NCBI RefSeq assembly: GCF_009914755.1
Contig: NC_060926.1
DNA from: the human T2T-CHM13v2.0 reference genome, Homo sapiens
DNA length: 64,000 nt
Strand: one strand, 5' to 3'
Part shown: piece after piece, positions 1 through 15,997 of the stretch
Position numbering within the stretch: position 1 is the first letter of the stretch
How the letters are laid out: every line of letters starts with the position of its first letter
Translations under genes and position numbers: made by a program
The notes under the pieces: model-generated
Seen by the model: the letters and a program-made list of their open reading frames with translations, nothing else
Database searches by the model: none
Told to the model about the DNA's origin: nothing

Positions 1-2385
1 TCTCTCCCTTGTGTCCTAAAAGTGTCAACATAAATGAATATCTAGAACGGCTCTGGTACCTGCTGTTTCATAATGCTGATGATTTGATAACATGTCAGCA
101 CTTTTCAACTTTATCTTCCCCATTTGATCTCAAATCACAAACTTTTTTTTTTAAGTAGTGGAATGTCCTTCATATTAATGAAACACCTGGACTCCTCTCA
201 TTTTATCACCCACACTCCATCTTCTTACTCATTTGAAGGCAAACATGAGAAGATTAAAAAGGCAAAAAAAAAAAAATAGAAAAGCAAGTATAGTAAAATA
301 AGCATGAGAATAAATCCTGATGAGCATTGAGAGACTGGATATAATACCTAACATTATTTTATTAGGACACTGTCCAATTAAGATATGTTTAACTTTGGGT
401 AAAGAGTAAGTATAAATTCAATGATCAGATTGTTGGGGAACTTACACCACTTTTGCAAAAAAACAAACCAAGACAATCTGAATTTTAGGTTCATAGTTAG
501 GTGTTATAATAATAAAATTTAGTTTTCATTAACTGTATGATGGCAATTATAATAAGAAACCAAAGCATTTGTAGTAAATATTATTTTCAAATTAAAGGAA
601 AGGAAAAATTTGTAAGAAAAGCTGGCCCTACCATCAAAAGTACAATCCCCAAAGCTGTCGGTAAAAATTCAGAAGAATTATATGAGCTTTCAGAAGACCT
701 GGAACTGAAACTGCTGATTTCTAAGATCCCTGTTTTATATGAGTATTGGTATATTAGAAAATTGGCCATGTTGAAAATAATGCTATTTATGGTAGGGCTT
801 TAGGAAGCATGCTATCATTCTGAAGCTGAAAAAGAGGGAGGATTATTTTTCTCTATTTAGGTCAAAGTTGATTTGTTTTGCTCTTTTCTGTTTTGGTATA
901 ATCAGGTATTGTTTTTGTTGTTGTTACTGTTTCTTTGGGCTTTTGAAAATAGTAGATGAAGACAGGTATATGAATTTGTGTTACTATTGCTGACTCTCTA
1001 GCAGGCAATTTCCACTTAGGAAAAGGAAATTATCTTGCCAAAGATAAATCCTTAGGATGGAAGCTTATTCTGATGCTTGAAATCACAAACAACAAATATT
1101 TACATGAACCATTAAGGTAATACAAAGGAGAAAAGGTGGCCACTAAGACAATAGGAAATGTTGGGAGCTGAAGACAATTGCCAATCTCGTCTCATATAAA
1201 GGAATTCAGATTTATTATTAATATTATCATTATAATCTTGTTGGCCGCCATGTGGATCCTACTTTAAATATTTTATATAAGATTCTTCCATAAAATAAAT
1301 AATTCTTATAATAAAATTGTTCAAAATAGCTCACAGGATAAACTTTTGTTTAGTCCTAAGCAAATTACATCTACTGGCAAAATTAGTTCCTCAGCTGAAA
1401 TAACTGAGCACACACAATTACACAAAATTTTTTTCTTGTTGCAACATGTTTTCTTAGATTTACCCATTATCTAATATACTTTTCAACTAGAAGGCAAGAA
1501 TGAAGAAAATTTAGAAACAGAAATAAATATTTATCACATGCTAATATTTCTAGGCTGTATACTAAAATTATTTCATATATTAGCTCATTTAATCCTCACA
1601 ATGATTATAAAGTACATTTATTAATCTCAAGACACACAGGATAGAACTGAAAGTAAAGATGTAAAATGACTTACTTAAAAACCACACTAACAAATAATGA
1701 ATTTAGGACTGAAAGTGTTTTTCTCATCGTTTTTGTGTCTTATCCAGTCTCTTTCTACAACATCACTTTAAAAAGCTATCCTTAATAAACTGTTGTAATT
1801 TTCATGATGACATTCACGTTGTTTGAAAAAGGTACATACATATATTCTAAACTTTATTGCCCAAAACAGTCTTCACTGGCATTGTTTTATTTGATAATTT
1901 CTGTGTGGAAACACTAACCAGTGAAATACTTTTACAATATATCAATAAACTTCATTTTTCAACTGCATTGACAGAAAGCAAGCCAACTTTAATCAAAAAT
2001 GTGAAATAATTTTAGTGATGTAAAATCATAATTATGCTCTCTTGTGGAAAATAAGAGCAACATTTGGCATCACAGACACTCTGTCATAAAAAATTTGCAT
2101 TAAAACGTTATTCTAGAAAAATGGGTATTTGTCAATCTCATCCAAATATCAAACACAGGAATAATCTTCAAATCAATTAAATGCTGCTGACTTAAAAAAA
2201 TAATTGCAGCACATTGCCAACTCAGAATAAGATCCCAATGTCATTGCAATTATGCCTGAAAGCATCTGGACAATGCACATTTCAATGTGTTTAAAAGCCT
2301 ATTAACATTTTTATTGCAGGATGGCATGACCTCAATTATTCAGTTAGGTTTTTGTGTAACCGTTAAGAGATGTCTCTAGAACATG

Positions 2386-2750
2386 TGATATGGTTTGGCT
2401 TTGTGTCCCAACCCAAATCTTCTCTTGAATTGCAATCCCATAATCCCTATGTGTTGTGGGAGGGACCTGGTAGGACATAATTGATTAATGGGGGCAGATT
2501 TCCCCCAGTGCTGTTCTCGTGATAGTGAGTGAGTTCTCACGAGATCTGAAGGTTTTATAAAGGGCTCTCCCCTTCAGTAGGCACTCATTTTCTCTCCTGC
2601 TACCCTGTGAAGAGGTGCCTTCCACCATGATTCTAAGTTTCCTGAGGCCTCTCCAGCCATGCAGAACTGTGAGTCAATTAAAACTCTTTTCTTTGTAAAT
2701 TACCCAGTCTCAGGTATTTCTTCATAACAGTGTGAAAATGGACTCATATA
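2386..2750 (+). mobile_element. THE1-family solo LTR
   Basis: Starts tgatatggtttggct, ends gtgaaaatggactcatata; ~365 bp. Confidence 0.9.
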
Positions 2751-3526
2751 ATAGGTTCTATTTCACATTTGAAAATAAATATTTTTAAAACTCTGTCTCA
2801 CTATTTTCTCTGTAAGAATGACTGAGTGTCCAAGAGGTATTCCTAAATGAGAATTTAAGGGCATGGAAAGAGAAAGTACATATATATATACATACAACTC
2901 TTAAATGCAGGAGTGGAAAATGATCTCCAAATAGCTTTAAATAGATAAAATATGCATGTTAGGAGAGCAAGAGTAAAGAGTGAGCACTATATCACTTGTT
3001 TCCTGGATTTTAAATACTTAAAACACATAAGAAGAGTGTTTAAAATACTTCAAGCGCATGCATAAACACATACACATTCTAAAAGCCTAGAATGACACCT
3101 TCATCCTGTCCTTTGCCATAAGAAACTGACCTTTGCACCAATCTAGGTTCCTAGCCCAGAGACAGAAGGGAAAGATATCTCAGCAAAAGATCAAAGTAGC
3201 ATGTATTTTCCCCTATAGATACTCTTGTTACTTGGATGTTGCTTAAAATGAATCTCTCTCCCACTTACTCTGTTGTCTAGGGCTAACAAGCTTTGTGACA
3301 ATGACAGCGGCCAATCCCATTCTCCCTGCTGCCTGAAGTCTGGACAATAGCTAAATTCACCGCACCTTTCTCACTTGCTAGAAATTACAGAGGCATTTAT
3401 TATGCATTCATGAATAGACCAGTGCAATAAGAGTAGTTGCTATTGTGAGTAGCAATTCCTGCCTTTATGAAAAAACTATAGAACTGACTCACACAAAGAG
3501 ACAGATTGACATGTTCAGGATAAAGT

Positions 3527-4049
3527 TGTGGGAGCCAAGCCCCACGACTGCTCCCAGTGAACCTCAGCACTGGAATTCACACCCCTGTGTTTTTCCCTAC
3601 AACACTAGGTAGAACTGAATTGTGATACCAATAGAATATTGCAGAAATCACAGAGTGCGATGTCCGAGGCCAAGTCACGAAAGCCTTCTTTCTCCTGCAT
3701 TACTCACTTTGAGAGAAGCTGCTCATCATGCATTTGGGGGAAACTCCAATAGCCCTATGGAGAGGTCCTTGGAGCAAAGAACCTAAGCCTCTTGCCAATT
3801 TCCAGCACCAACTTTTCTGCTATATGATTGAGCCATCTTAAAAGAGAATCCTCTAGCCCTAGTCAAGCTGTTAAATGACTGCAGCTTGGCTGACATGTAA
3901 CAGCAACCACATGAAGAAACTGAAGCCAGGACCAACCAGCTAAGCTGCTCCTGAATTCCTGCCTCATAGGAAGGGTGTGAGAACATAAAGATTTCTTGTC
4001 ATTTTAAGCCATTTAGAGGTCATTATTTTTGCAGCAATAGGTAACTACT
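3527..4049 (+). mobile_element. MLT1-family LTR
   Basis: Motifs ggagaggtccttggagcaaagaac and cagctaagctgctcctgaattcctg; 3' end gcagcaataggtaacta. Confidence 0.75.
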
Positions 4050-4059
4050 TTCAAATTGT

Positions 4060-4750
4060 ATTTTAAATCTATCCTATGCCTTACCCATTTCCCCATCATT
4101 TCTTGCTCCACTATCTTGCCTATACTATTAATCATCCCTAACCTATCCTACCCCTAAAGTTATTAATGAAAGTATAACTCTGTTCCTGTTACTCCCCTTT
4201 TAGAAATCTCTCATGATTGTCAGTAACTTACAAGGTAAAATTCAAACATTTTTACATTATTGCAACCTGGTCACAATTTAGCTTTTCAGTTTCATCCTCC
4301 ATGACTCCTTCAACATATTCTTTAAATTTGTTTATACCAAATGATTTCCCTTTTTCCAACTATGCCTTGCACTTCACACCTTTTACATTGCTCCCTCCAT
4401 TCTTTACCTGAACCATCTTTGCCACATATCTCTCCTTAGAAAGATCATTTTTTAATATTAAAGACAATTGTTACATCTTCTCTAGAGTCTTCCCAAATAC
4501 TTTCCCCAATATAATTAGTTGTTCACTCATTTGTCTTCCCTCAGTACATTAAATATAATGGTGGCAGAGTAAAAGCTTAATATATCACATTGTGTTATAG
4601 TTGACTGGATGTGTTTTTACCTCCTCTATCAGACTGTGACCTTCCTAGGGAAAAGAATCCTGTTTTAGTCATCTTTTATTCCCAGAGCTTTGACATGCTA
4701 AATGAGACATAGTACAAACTCAATCAATGTTTGTTAAGTAAATGAATAAA
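4060..4750 (+). mobile_element. L2 3' fragment
   Basis: Ends with agactgtgaccttcctaggg...caatcaatgtttgttaagtaaatgaat, typical of the L2 tail. Confidence 0.65.
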
Positions 4751-5437
4751 CAAATAGGTGAAAGTTAGAATGTACTATCTCTTCTCTTCTTTTTTTTATT
4801 CATTTCCTCAACATTAAATTGAGGGAATTTAAAATTCACGAGGTCCTATTTAATTTGGCCACAAGGACCTATTTATTTTACTTTCAAATTTTCTCCTAAA
4901 CCCATTATCTTCGTGCTCTCATATTTCCCATTCCCTTGCTGGAACCATTGGCTGTAAAGGAGCACAAAATTGTATATGATCGCAATGAGAAAAAGATTTT
5001 CAATATTGCGTAACTCTGTATGGGAGTTAGGTCAGGGAGGGAAAGAGTCAATGCCTTAACACTGACATGTAGGTGGATCCATAGTTAGCTGCCAAAACTA
5101 AACAAAGAATAAAATAACCATTAGAATGTCAGAATAATACTTTTGTGGCCCATAAAAGTTCTGGATTATTTAGTAACTCAATAAACAATTGTAGTTTATG
5201 TTTAGTTATTCTAATATATTTAAGTTTCTTTATTTCCCTAAGTTGACAATATTATGATTTCTTCAGAAACTATCAAAAAACACTTTTGATCATACTTCAA
5301 GCCAAATCAACTGACTTGCCACACTTTAATAAACTTAACATTTGACAGTTCTTCATAATTCTTTGCGTGTTTTTGTAAATTTGTGTGTGTGTCTAAGACC
5401 TTTAAATATATTGTGTATTGATAAAAATAAGGTCATA

Positions 5438-5728
5438 GGCTGGGCGTGATGGCTCAAAGGTATAATCCCAGCACTTTAGGAGGCTGAGGTGGGAGGATTG
5501 CTTGATGCCAGGAGTTCCAAACCTGCCTGGGCAACATAGCAAGACCTCATCTCTACAAAAATATTTTTAAATTAGCTGGGCATGGTGGCACACACTTGTA
5601 GTTCTAGCTACTTGGGAGGCTGGGAGTATCCCTTGTACCCAGGAGTTGGAGGCTGTGGTGAGCTATGATCACGCCACTCCACTCCAGCCTGAGCAACAGA
5701 GCAAGACCCTGTCTCTACAAAAACAAAG
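5438..5728 (+). mobile_element. AluJ
   Basis: Alu consensus with J-type gagctatgatc; TSD aaaataaggtcata / aaaataaagtcata. Confidence 0.93.
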
Positions 5729-6654
5729 AAAATAAAGTCATAAATACTTAAGTAAAGGCAAATCCTTGCATACTCTACATACTTTTTTTAGAAATTAGAC
5801 GATTTTAACTGAGGCATAGGAAATATCTAATCTCATGGCTTCAAATAATGGAATTAAATTTCTGTCTCAAGTGAGAGATATTTTCCCCATAATTACACAG
5901 GTATAGTACACACTGAAATCCAGCTGGGCCATCCACTACATTCTCAAACTGTTGGACCCATTGAATAATGGCCTGTTGCAATTGGTACTAAAGACACACA
6001 AACACAAAAAAAGAGCATTTACGTAAAGCAGATTTAAAACAGACTTTTCATCAAAATGCCACACTCATTTCTAAAGTTTCCCAAAAGAGTTAATTGTCCA
6101 CCTTTAATTAATTAAGAAAATTAAAGAGAAATTGTTCAAATGACAACCTAAGTGGTCAATAAACAAAAAATAAAATTCTGATCAGGCAAAACAATATCCA
6201 TTTATTCAACCAAAAATTCACTTGATGTTTTTAAACTTCTGTGTTAAATAGCACTTTCTGTTTACATAGTATTATATTATCATAGTTCCAATCTACATTT
6301 CTGAACTGTTGAAGAAAAACATAAGAACAAGTCATATTTCCTATATAATATTCTCCTACATTTTGTATAGAATTCTGGGTGTAAAATTCTATGTATAATT
6401 TCTGTTTCCAACTATGACTGAATAACTGGCACTGTATTAACTATCCAGCTTGAAACAACTATAAAACTTTACAAAATATATGAAGCATCAAAGTGAGATG
6501 TTTGACAACAGGTATCAGAGAACTGTAACCTGTGACATAAGGGTACACCATAAGGTGAGTCCCACAATCACCAGTGGTTCAATCTGGAGGCACCTTCCAA
6601 ATCATTGCACAAAGATGTGGAGCCCCAGCAGAGCACAGCAGTTTCCTTTTTGTG

Positions 6655-7290
6655 CAAACTGACAAAACACTTTGTAAAATCTATATGAAAATACAAAGAA
6701 CTCAAAATAGCCAAAATTATCTTGAAAAATAAGAACAAAATTGGAGTATTCACATTACCTGATGTCAAAACTTATTCTAAAAGTTATAGTATCCAAGACA
6801 CAGTAATGTTGCATAAGGATAGACAAATAGGTCAGTGGAATAGAATTAAGAGTCCAGAAATAGACACACAATTATATAGTCACTTTTTACAAAGACACCA
6901 AAAGGAAAGTCATTTCAACAAAAGGTATTGAAACAACTGGATATCCATATGAGGGGAAAAAACAACTTCAAATACATCTCTCACAATACTCAAACATAAT
7001 TTGAAAAAGACCATAGGTTTAAACACAAAAGCTATTACTGAGTTTTAGAAATTATTTAAATATTCTGATAAAATCCTTTTTAAAATCTATGTATGGTATA
7101 TGTTTTCTCAAGAATATAAATGCCTACTTATTTTCTTAATGGTGTTTCTTTGATGAGCATAAGTTTTCAACTTTTATGAAGTCTAACTTATCATCTTATC
7201 CTTTTATGGTTTGTGCTTTCTGTGCCTTGTGTAAGAAATATTTGACCCCAAAATTGCAAAAATATTTTCCTATATTTTCTACATTATAGA
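6655..7290. mobile_element. Old L1M ORF2 fragment, sense (6655-7035) followed by its continuation inverted (7036-7290)
   Basis: Peptide LPDVKTY...KDRQIGQWNRIKSPEID; the minus-strand read of 7290-7036 gives the next L1 segment. Confidence 0.75.
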
Positions 7291-7920
7291 GGCTCAAAAC
7301 AGATGGCTATGTGTAAAGACTACTCTGGTACCTTCTTCAGAGGGTATTTTTGAAAATGAAGAGTTTATCAAAGGTTGCTGAGAATATTGACCTCCATGTC
7401 TAGACCAGACCACATACACAGGGGCACAAAAGACAGCTACAAATGTCAGTTTTCTATTACTTTAAGTATTATGCTTTAAAGTTTAATCCAAAGGGGAAAA
7501 TAAACCTTGTAATATCTTGCTCAATTTCTTTATATACCATGAAATAAGCAATATAGAATATTCAAAATAAACGTAAAAACAATCGAAAACAAAAAAATTT
7601 ATTTGACTCACATGGCATTATGTTGGCGAAGAAAATTGTGTTAAGGTTTATCAAATTTTCCCACCAATATTGTATTTTCAATCCAGTACCATCCTCAAGT
7701 TATGGTAGATCCTTATGTTCCAGATGTGCCCTTTATCTAATTATTTAAATTACATTAAAAATGCCCAAATCTATTCAGTCATACAAACTATATCTTCTGT
7801 GAGTTTTAAGGAAAGTATAAACATTTACAACTTTACAATCACATCAAATTTCAATCAACTAAGATGTAATCAAAAGTATAATTTCAGTTAATCAAAACGA
7901 CATGTACTTAAAACCAAAAA

Positions 7921-8233
7921 AGCCAGGCATGGTGGCTCAAGCCTGTAATCCCAGCACTTTGGGAGGCAAGACAGGCTGATCACTTGAGATCAGGAGTTCG
8001 AGACCAGCCTGGCCGACATGGCAAAACACCGTCTCTACTAAAAATATAAAAGTTAGCTAGGCATGGCCTGGCTACAGGCCAGCCTGTAGTCCCAGCTACT
8101 CAGGAGGCTGTGGCAGGACAATCGCTTGAACCCAGGAGGTGGAGGTTGCAGTGAGCCAGGGTTATGCCACTGCACTCGAGCCTTGGCAACAGAGCAAGAT
8201 GCTGTCGCAAAAACACACACACACACACACACA
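7921..8233 (+). mobile_element. Alu with (CA)n microsatellite tail
   Basis: Dimeric Alu consensus followed by about 10 CA units. Confidence 0.92.
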
Positions 8234-9616
8234 AACAATAAAGTATGCACTTTATTTCCCCAATGAAGAGTATTTATTAATGACTAGTATCCATAAGAAA
8301 TGCCTTCTTTAAAATCATAAACACTAAACTGTTACATATAGTATTAATGTATACATGCACACTATTACATGTACTCATTGTATGTACAGTATTACATATG
8401 TTTACTAGTAAAAGTATGGAAAATTCATTCTGATTATAGAATAAGGAATAAAAAGTTTGAATTCACTGAACATATACTGTGTGTCTCTTTCAAGTTATGA
8501 TGTGTTATATCCTGATTAACCTAATAGTGATAGACTAAGGGCACATCTCCATGAGAAACTATGGAAATATGGAGGAGCTTATTCATTCATGTATATCCAA
8601 CTGGTGGTATATAACCTTTGTATTCTTGATTGCTGACTCAGAAGAAAATTAGAGTGTTACTTAAGCCAAATTAGAGTCACCACATGTACCAATCCATAAA
8701 CTTGGACTGGCCTTTGAAATATGATCCAGCTAGTAAGCACCCAGACTTCTATTAGATCTGGGGAACACAAAGATAAATAAGACACAACTTAAACCCCTCT
8801 AAATGAAATGGTTCTCAAATATTCTGAAACCAATTAAACTGGGACAATCACCCACAGCTAATTTATCTGAAATTTGATTTACAAACAAATTTTGGGAGCA
8901 TTATGTACATTCTTCAGCAAGAGAGCTATAAATAATTCATTTTACACAAGAATCGATTTGTGCTTTTAAGTCTAACTATTGCAATATTATGGATCAAAAT
9001 TCTTGCTAATGCTCGTATGCATTGCTGCATTCTATTGGATTAGGTAAACCACTGAAAATTGGTAAGTCATTGATAAAATGACAATAAAATATCAATGATT
9101 TATAATTTAAACCCAAAAATAGTATTAATTTAAAAACTACAACTAAGTGATGATAAAATGGTAAAAGTATCCTTTCTGGAATTACTGAGAATCACAACTA
9201 ACAAGCACGTCTTGAGAAAAATATAATTCTAAGATAAGGTAATATGTAATAATAACATCATACAGTTTATGATGCAAATGTCAGTAATCCTTATAATTCT
9301 TTTCATAAAATATCCTTTGCATTTATCCATTTAACAAATTTATTGAGATTCTTACATGTACTAGACACTATACACTATACTCAGTGCTGGGGGTATAATA
9401 GCAAAAATATAACAAATATAAATGATCATGTTATCAAGGTACATATGATGAGAAGAAAAATAATCAACCAACCAATCATGAAGAAGTACAAAATGAAACA
9501 TTATGAAATTATATATATATATATATATGCTGAGAGAGAGAGAGAGGCTTTATGTATATGTATGCATACATATATATGTATGTAAACACACACATTAAGG
9601 GACTTTGGCTTAATCA

Positions 9617-10072
<456 letters not shown>

Positions 10073-13000
10073 TCAAGGAAAGCCTGCATGGCTGCAGGAA
10101 GCAGTGAGAGGCAAAGCACAGTGTGGAATGAGAATGGAAAACTGGGTTAGAAAGACAATATGCAAGGTTTGTAGGCTTTTTTAAGGATTAACATCTAACA
10201 AAATGAATTGTTTCAATTTAGCATTTAGTTTACAGAATATCCTGGTGACATTGTGAGTAAGCTAGAAGAGAAATTAGCACCTACAAGAAATGCTTTGTGT
10301 CTCCTTTTTGGGGAGATGGTGAGTATATTTTTACATTTAAGATATAGTTGCATTATGCTGCATGACATAGTTATTATTGCCTAAATGTGTATAGTTCAAA
10401 TTTGGATGATGTGGGCTCTGCTAGATAATGTGTGTTGATACTCAATGGGATAATATATAATCCCAAGGGCCATATAAATATAATACATATTGCATGTTTT
10501 AAAATATACATTGATGGTGTCATGAATATGTCATCAAAGATATTCAAAGTCATCCTTGCCTTTCTAAGTAAATACTTCCCTCTATCACAAGAATTAAGAG
10601 CCTAAAAACTGTATTTGCCAGACACTTGCAAGAAATTTTCTGAGTTAAATTCTGCCAAGAAGATGCACTCTCATAAAATGTGGAAGTTTGAAAAGAAAGA
10701 GAAGCATTGTCCTCCTCCAAAAGCAATGCATAAATCATATCTTAAACTATGAACAAGACTTGAGAGCAGGTAGCTTATTTTGGAGTTCATCCAGAAGCAG
10801 AAGAGGTGGAAAAGTGACACAAGGAAGGGAAGAAAGCCAATAAAATGACATCGACATATGGATTACAGCTGTAGTCAACTGAGGCTCAATCCTGCTGGAA
10901 ACCCTTGGAGGGATTATATAGACTAGACTTCAGAATTGTTCCACTGAGGGTAAGGAGGTGCCATGTTCATTCACCAACTTCTGATCCTCAGTGGTTGAAG
11001 GTTGTTCCTGGGGCATTCATTTTCTGATACTCATGTCCTGCCCCACATGCAGCATGTCTGTACAGCCAGATAAAGCCCTCAGACAGACAGACATAGCTTC
11101 TGAATGTATAGGAATTGATCCCACAAAGCTTCAAGGGGTATTTTAGAGGGACCAAGATCTATAATGAGTACAGAGCTCTTAGAACTCACTTCATCCTGCA
11201 GGAGGTTGAGATTATTGGCATCAACTTTATGATTCCTGCATTTCTGGGTTCTCTAAATACCAGACCACTTTCTTCTGATGTTTCCTGCCTCTGATTTCCA
11301 ACCATGTTGTTTCTAATTTCCTGTATTAAATACCTTCTACCTAAAGTGGTTTCTGTTTTCCTGGCCATACTAGCTGATATGGGCAGGATAGGAATAAAGA
11401 TGTGGAGATATTCAAGAAATATTTAATATCTAAAAAAATCACCTCAGTCAATAATTACATGAGAGAAAGGTGAAAGAGGAAAAATCTATAATGATTAAAG
11501 TAGCATAGAAGAAATACATTTGTTCATATTAGAGTGAGGGGCAAGGTGAGGGAAATAACTATTTTTCAGATATGTAGAGTTTGATGAAACTTCAATACAC
11601 TTAATGGGAATTATATTTAGGAGGGAGTTTGATAGATGTATGAATCTGCATTTCAAAAGAGATGTTGTGTTGGTGTCATAGATTTAGAAATCTGAGTTCC
11701 AACAATATTTGAAACTAGGTAAGATTTCCTATGAAGACTATTTAAAACAAGAATAGACACAAAAATTGAAGGTGCAAGTGAGGAAGTACCTGGGGAGAAA
11801 ATTGAGGAACTATCAGTAAAATGTAAAAAAAAAAAAAAAAAAAAAGAAAAGAAGCCAAGGAAGAAGAAAATTTCAAGACTGACCACAGTATCAAAGAGAA
11901 CAGATCTGGGGGAAAAAAAAAAAAACAGAGAGAGAGAGAGATTATAAAGTATCCTTTGAAATGGACAACGATTAGATCATTGGTAATTGAAGCAAAAGCA
12001 TTCTCAGTCATATAATTGGAACAAAGCTTGACAGAAATAGGTTGAAATTTTTAAATTTAGCTGTAACAGCAAGAGAACAAGGGAGGTTACTCGAAAAAAT
12101 ACATATATATGTAAATATATGTATTATGAGTTCCATAACAAATTTTTATGGTATTAATTTACCTATCTGTATATTCAACTTCATAAAAACACTATAAATA
12201 CAAATACTTATTAACTTTTTAAATATTTATTCAATATTGTTTCAGGTTTTTTTGAAGACTTTGTTATTTCTTTTACAAAAGAATCATTTTGTCTTGATTT
12301 ATATCTGGGTAGTCATTTTAAATGTACAAGTTTTCCTTATGTTTAAGTAATATTAAATAAAAGTTTGTTCTTTCTTACATACTCTAATTATTTAGCTTGT
12401 ATGCTACTTCCATGTTGAAAGTGATAAAGCTTTTAATACACGAGAGCTGCCTACTAGAAGCTCAGAAATGCTTGTGTTAATTGAGAATCTGTCAGTATGT
12501 TACTCCTGGATGCACGTGGATAAATCATACTGGTATTAGTAGGATTACAATAATGCAATGCAATAAGGCTTTACAGCTCTTTATTTTTAACACAATTTAT
12601 GGCTTGTGGCACACAATAGTACTTAAAATGTGAATTTAGAAAATCCTATGCTAAGCACAGTGGAAGCAGCATTTTTTTTCCTGTTTTAGAATTTACGTCT
12701 GCAGTACTCAAAAAGCTCTACGCGTCTGTCATCAATAAACAGTACTAGATTATATGCTAAACACCAGAGATACAAGGATCAGAGAGATATGCCTTAGGAC
12801 TTTTTTTTCAAACCACAGCTTGACACCAATTAGAAATTTGTTAAATCAGTATCTTAGGTTGCACCGATGTTTCTAATGGGATGGAAAGGAAGGAATGACA
12901 ATGGAATGGGATGGAAAATATCTGCATACATTACCTATTACAAATATAAATATTATTTCATGAAATTGAATTTCAGTTTTATACATTACTCATATAAGGA

Positions 13001-13345
13001 TGTGTTTGGTGATAGACATGCAAATAGAGCATTTCAAAGTAATAATATAAGTGCTATGATAAAAGGATATTCCAGTCATATATAAGCTAGAGAAAAGGGA
13101 TTTAACCCAGCCTGCAGAGACACAGGAATCTTTAAGAAGGAAATAAATGCAGTATTCACCAGTTATACTAATCAACATCAGGTTATTCATTAAATAAAAT
13201 CCTAAATGTACTGTGGAAGAACAATTTGAAGTGGTGCTATTGGAAATATTTTTATGCCTTATAAAATTCTGTAAAATACTGCTTAGATATTGAGACTTCA
13301 CAAGCTACAATGACATGACCGTTAACCCCACTGAAAAATAGTTAT

Positions 13346-13630
13346 TGCCAGTTATGGTGGCTTGTGCCTGTAAATCTTAACACTTTGGGAGGCTGAGGTG
13401 GGAGGATGGCTTGAGACCAGGAGTTCAAGACCACCCTGGGCAACATAGTGAGATCCTATCTAATCAAAAATAAAATAAAATTAGCCAGGCATGGTGGCTC
13501 AAGCCTGTAGTCTTTACTACTCAAGAGGCTAAGGCAGAGGATTGCTTGAGCCCAGGAGTTCAAGGCTGCAGTGAGCTATGATCACAGCCCAGATGACAGA
13601 CCAAGACTTTGTCTCTAAAAGAAAAAAAAA
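13346..13630 (+). mobile_element. AluJ
   Basis: ggagttcaaggctgcagtgagctatgatc; A tail. Confidence 0.9.
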
Positions 13631-13686
13631 ATTAAACAAAATACTAATATAATAATTTTTTCCACAATTTTCATTTTACAGTTCAC

Positions 13687-13987
<301 letters not shown>

Positions 13988-14329
13988 TAGAGTATACTTT
14001 TCAATTTATAGTTAAAAATATGTTTTGAAAGAAATAATATGTTACTCCTATTTGGATTTTTTTCAAATTAACTTTTTTACTATTTAAAGTCGGTAGCTCC
14101 ATATTAAGAAGAGGAAGCATAAATACTGAATGAAGCATACATATTTGAAACATTTACATTAGGCTTCAGAACATTTTCACCAATGTTCTATGGAACAATG
14201 GACATATTCTATGTTCAATGGACACACTCACCTTGATTCTATCTTTGATTTGTTTTACAATTCTGCAAGGCCTCTAAGTAATGGAACGTTACAGGTTTCA
14301 ATAACCAGTTACATGGTGATGATACTCAA

Positions 14330-15495
14330 GTCTATATTCAGTTCCAGGTCTGTATTTTCCAGTATTGAACAGCTCCTTTTGTATATTCCACAAATACCTC
14401 AAAATCAGCCATCTTCTAAATAAATTTATTATTTTATACCAAAAATAAGATTCCCTATGTACAGTAGAGTATATAACCAGCTACGTGGTTAGTAGCACCA
14501 TCATCTAACTAGTCACTTGAGCAAGAAAGCTAGTAGTTATCTGAGATTCCCTCCTCGCCATTATATTACCATTTTCAATTAGTTAATGAGACTAGAGGAT
14601 TTTCCAAACTCAATTTACCTCTCCTTCCCTCCCTCTTCTTTATTCACCTTCCACTGCTTTAGTTCAACTCCTCACTTACACAAATTTAGTATCCTCCCTA
14701 CCTCCCATCTTCTTCTCTAACTCAACCTCTTCTCTGCTGTCAGAGTAATGTTTCTGTAACAGAAATTAAACTACGTCATTCCTCTACTTAAAATTCTGTA
14801 ATGGCTCCTTATTTCTGATAAAATAAGATCCTTAGTATATAAGGCCCTTCTACTACCTACTACCTTGTCCTCAAAGACAGTAATTCTATCTTAACATTAT
14901 TATATCTGCAGCCCAACTCTTTAACAAGGTTACTGTTAGGTAAGCCCATTTCTTTAACAAGCTTACTGTTGGTACCTGCTTTCTAGCCACAACTCCCATC
15001 ACCCTTTCTGCCTCACATGATGCACACCATTTTTCTAGCAGGACTAAATCATCTGCCAGTGCCAGAGTACATAAATCTATCTCAAGCTGTGACTTTTCAC
15101 AGGCTGGTCCTTTTCCTGCTGTTACAGGTTTCTTTTTACAATTCATGCTCCAAGACTCAGTAAAATGTTCCTACATGGTTTCATGCCTTATTTCCTATTT
15201 TTTTGGATTTTTTTCCAAAATTTCCAACTTTTCAAGACAAAATTAACTATTGCCTCTTCTGTATTCCTGTTGCCCTTTGTAGATTTATTATTATTATATT
15301 TATTATAAGTATTTTATCAACATAATTCATTTGATTATGATAACACTTATAATATTGCTGTAACTGCTCAGGTTTTTAACACCACTCCTAGATATTGAAC
15401 CTTCAAAGTTCAGGGTTCTATTCATTTTTATATCTCCAGCATCCATCACAGTCTGGCTCCCAGGAAGTGAACTTAATAAAGGTCTGTTGAATAAA
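14330..15495 (+). mobile_element. L2 fragment
   Basis: cttaaaattctgtaatggctcc...tataaggccctt and terminal aataaaggtctgttgaataaat. Confidence 0.65.
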
Positions 15496-15997
15496 TATAT
15501 CAACATGAGACAAAAATAATATCATTAAGTAATTGGTTGTTACTTTAAATGTTCTCCTCTGAAAAGACATTATGATTAGGGTGTGTGATCATTAGGCTAC
15601 ATCCAAATTAATCTTGGAGATGATCATTGTTGTCATATGTTTATATGCAATCAAAACATTATGGTTATTAAGTTGCTTTTGTCTTTTTCATATCGGAGAG
15701 ACAAATTTCAACTTTGTCAGGATTTTTTTGTACACCACACCATGCACTTTGCAGCATGGAATATTCTTTTTCAACCTCTAATAGCAAGGGGTAAGGATGT
15801 GGACATAAGAAAGGCTAACTTGGTATGAATGGATCTTGGGACAATTATGCCTCTCTGCATGGCTTCGTTAACAGGACCCTCGACATTTTGCTCATGATCC
15901 ATTTATCAGACTGTAATTTCTAGTATTCACTTTCTTCCTTCATGAAAATCCAAACTGTTTATCTTTAGGTGCTTACCTTAAAAACAAAAGTTGCTCA

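Noticed and set aside
537-803. 88-aa ORF with protein-like stretch KAVGKNSEELYELSEDLELKLL
   Set aside because: I recognise no homologue, splice context or retrocopy hallmarks; a blastx search would be needed to reconsider
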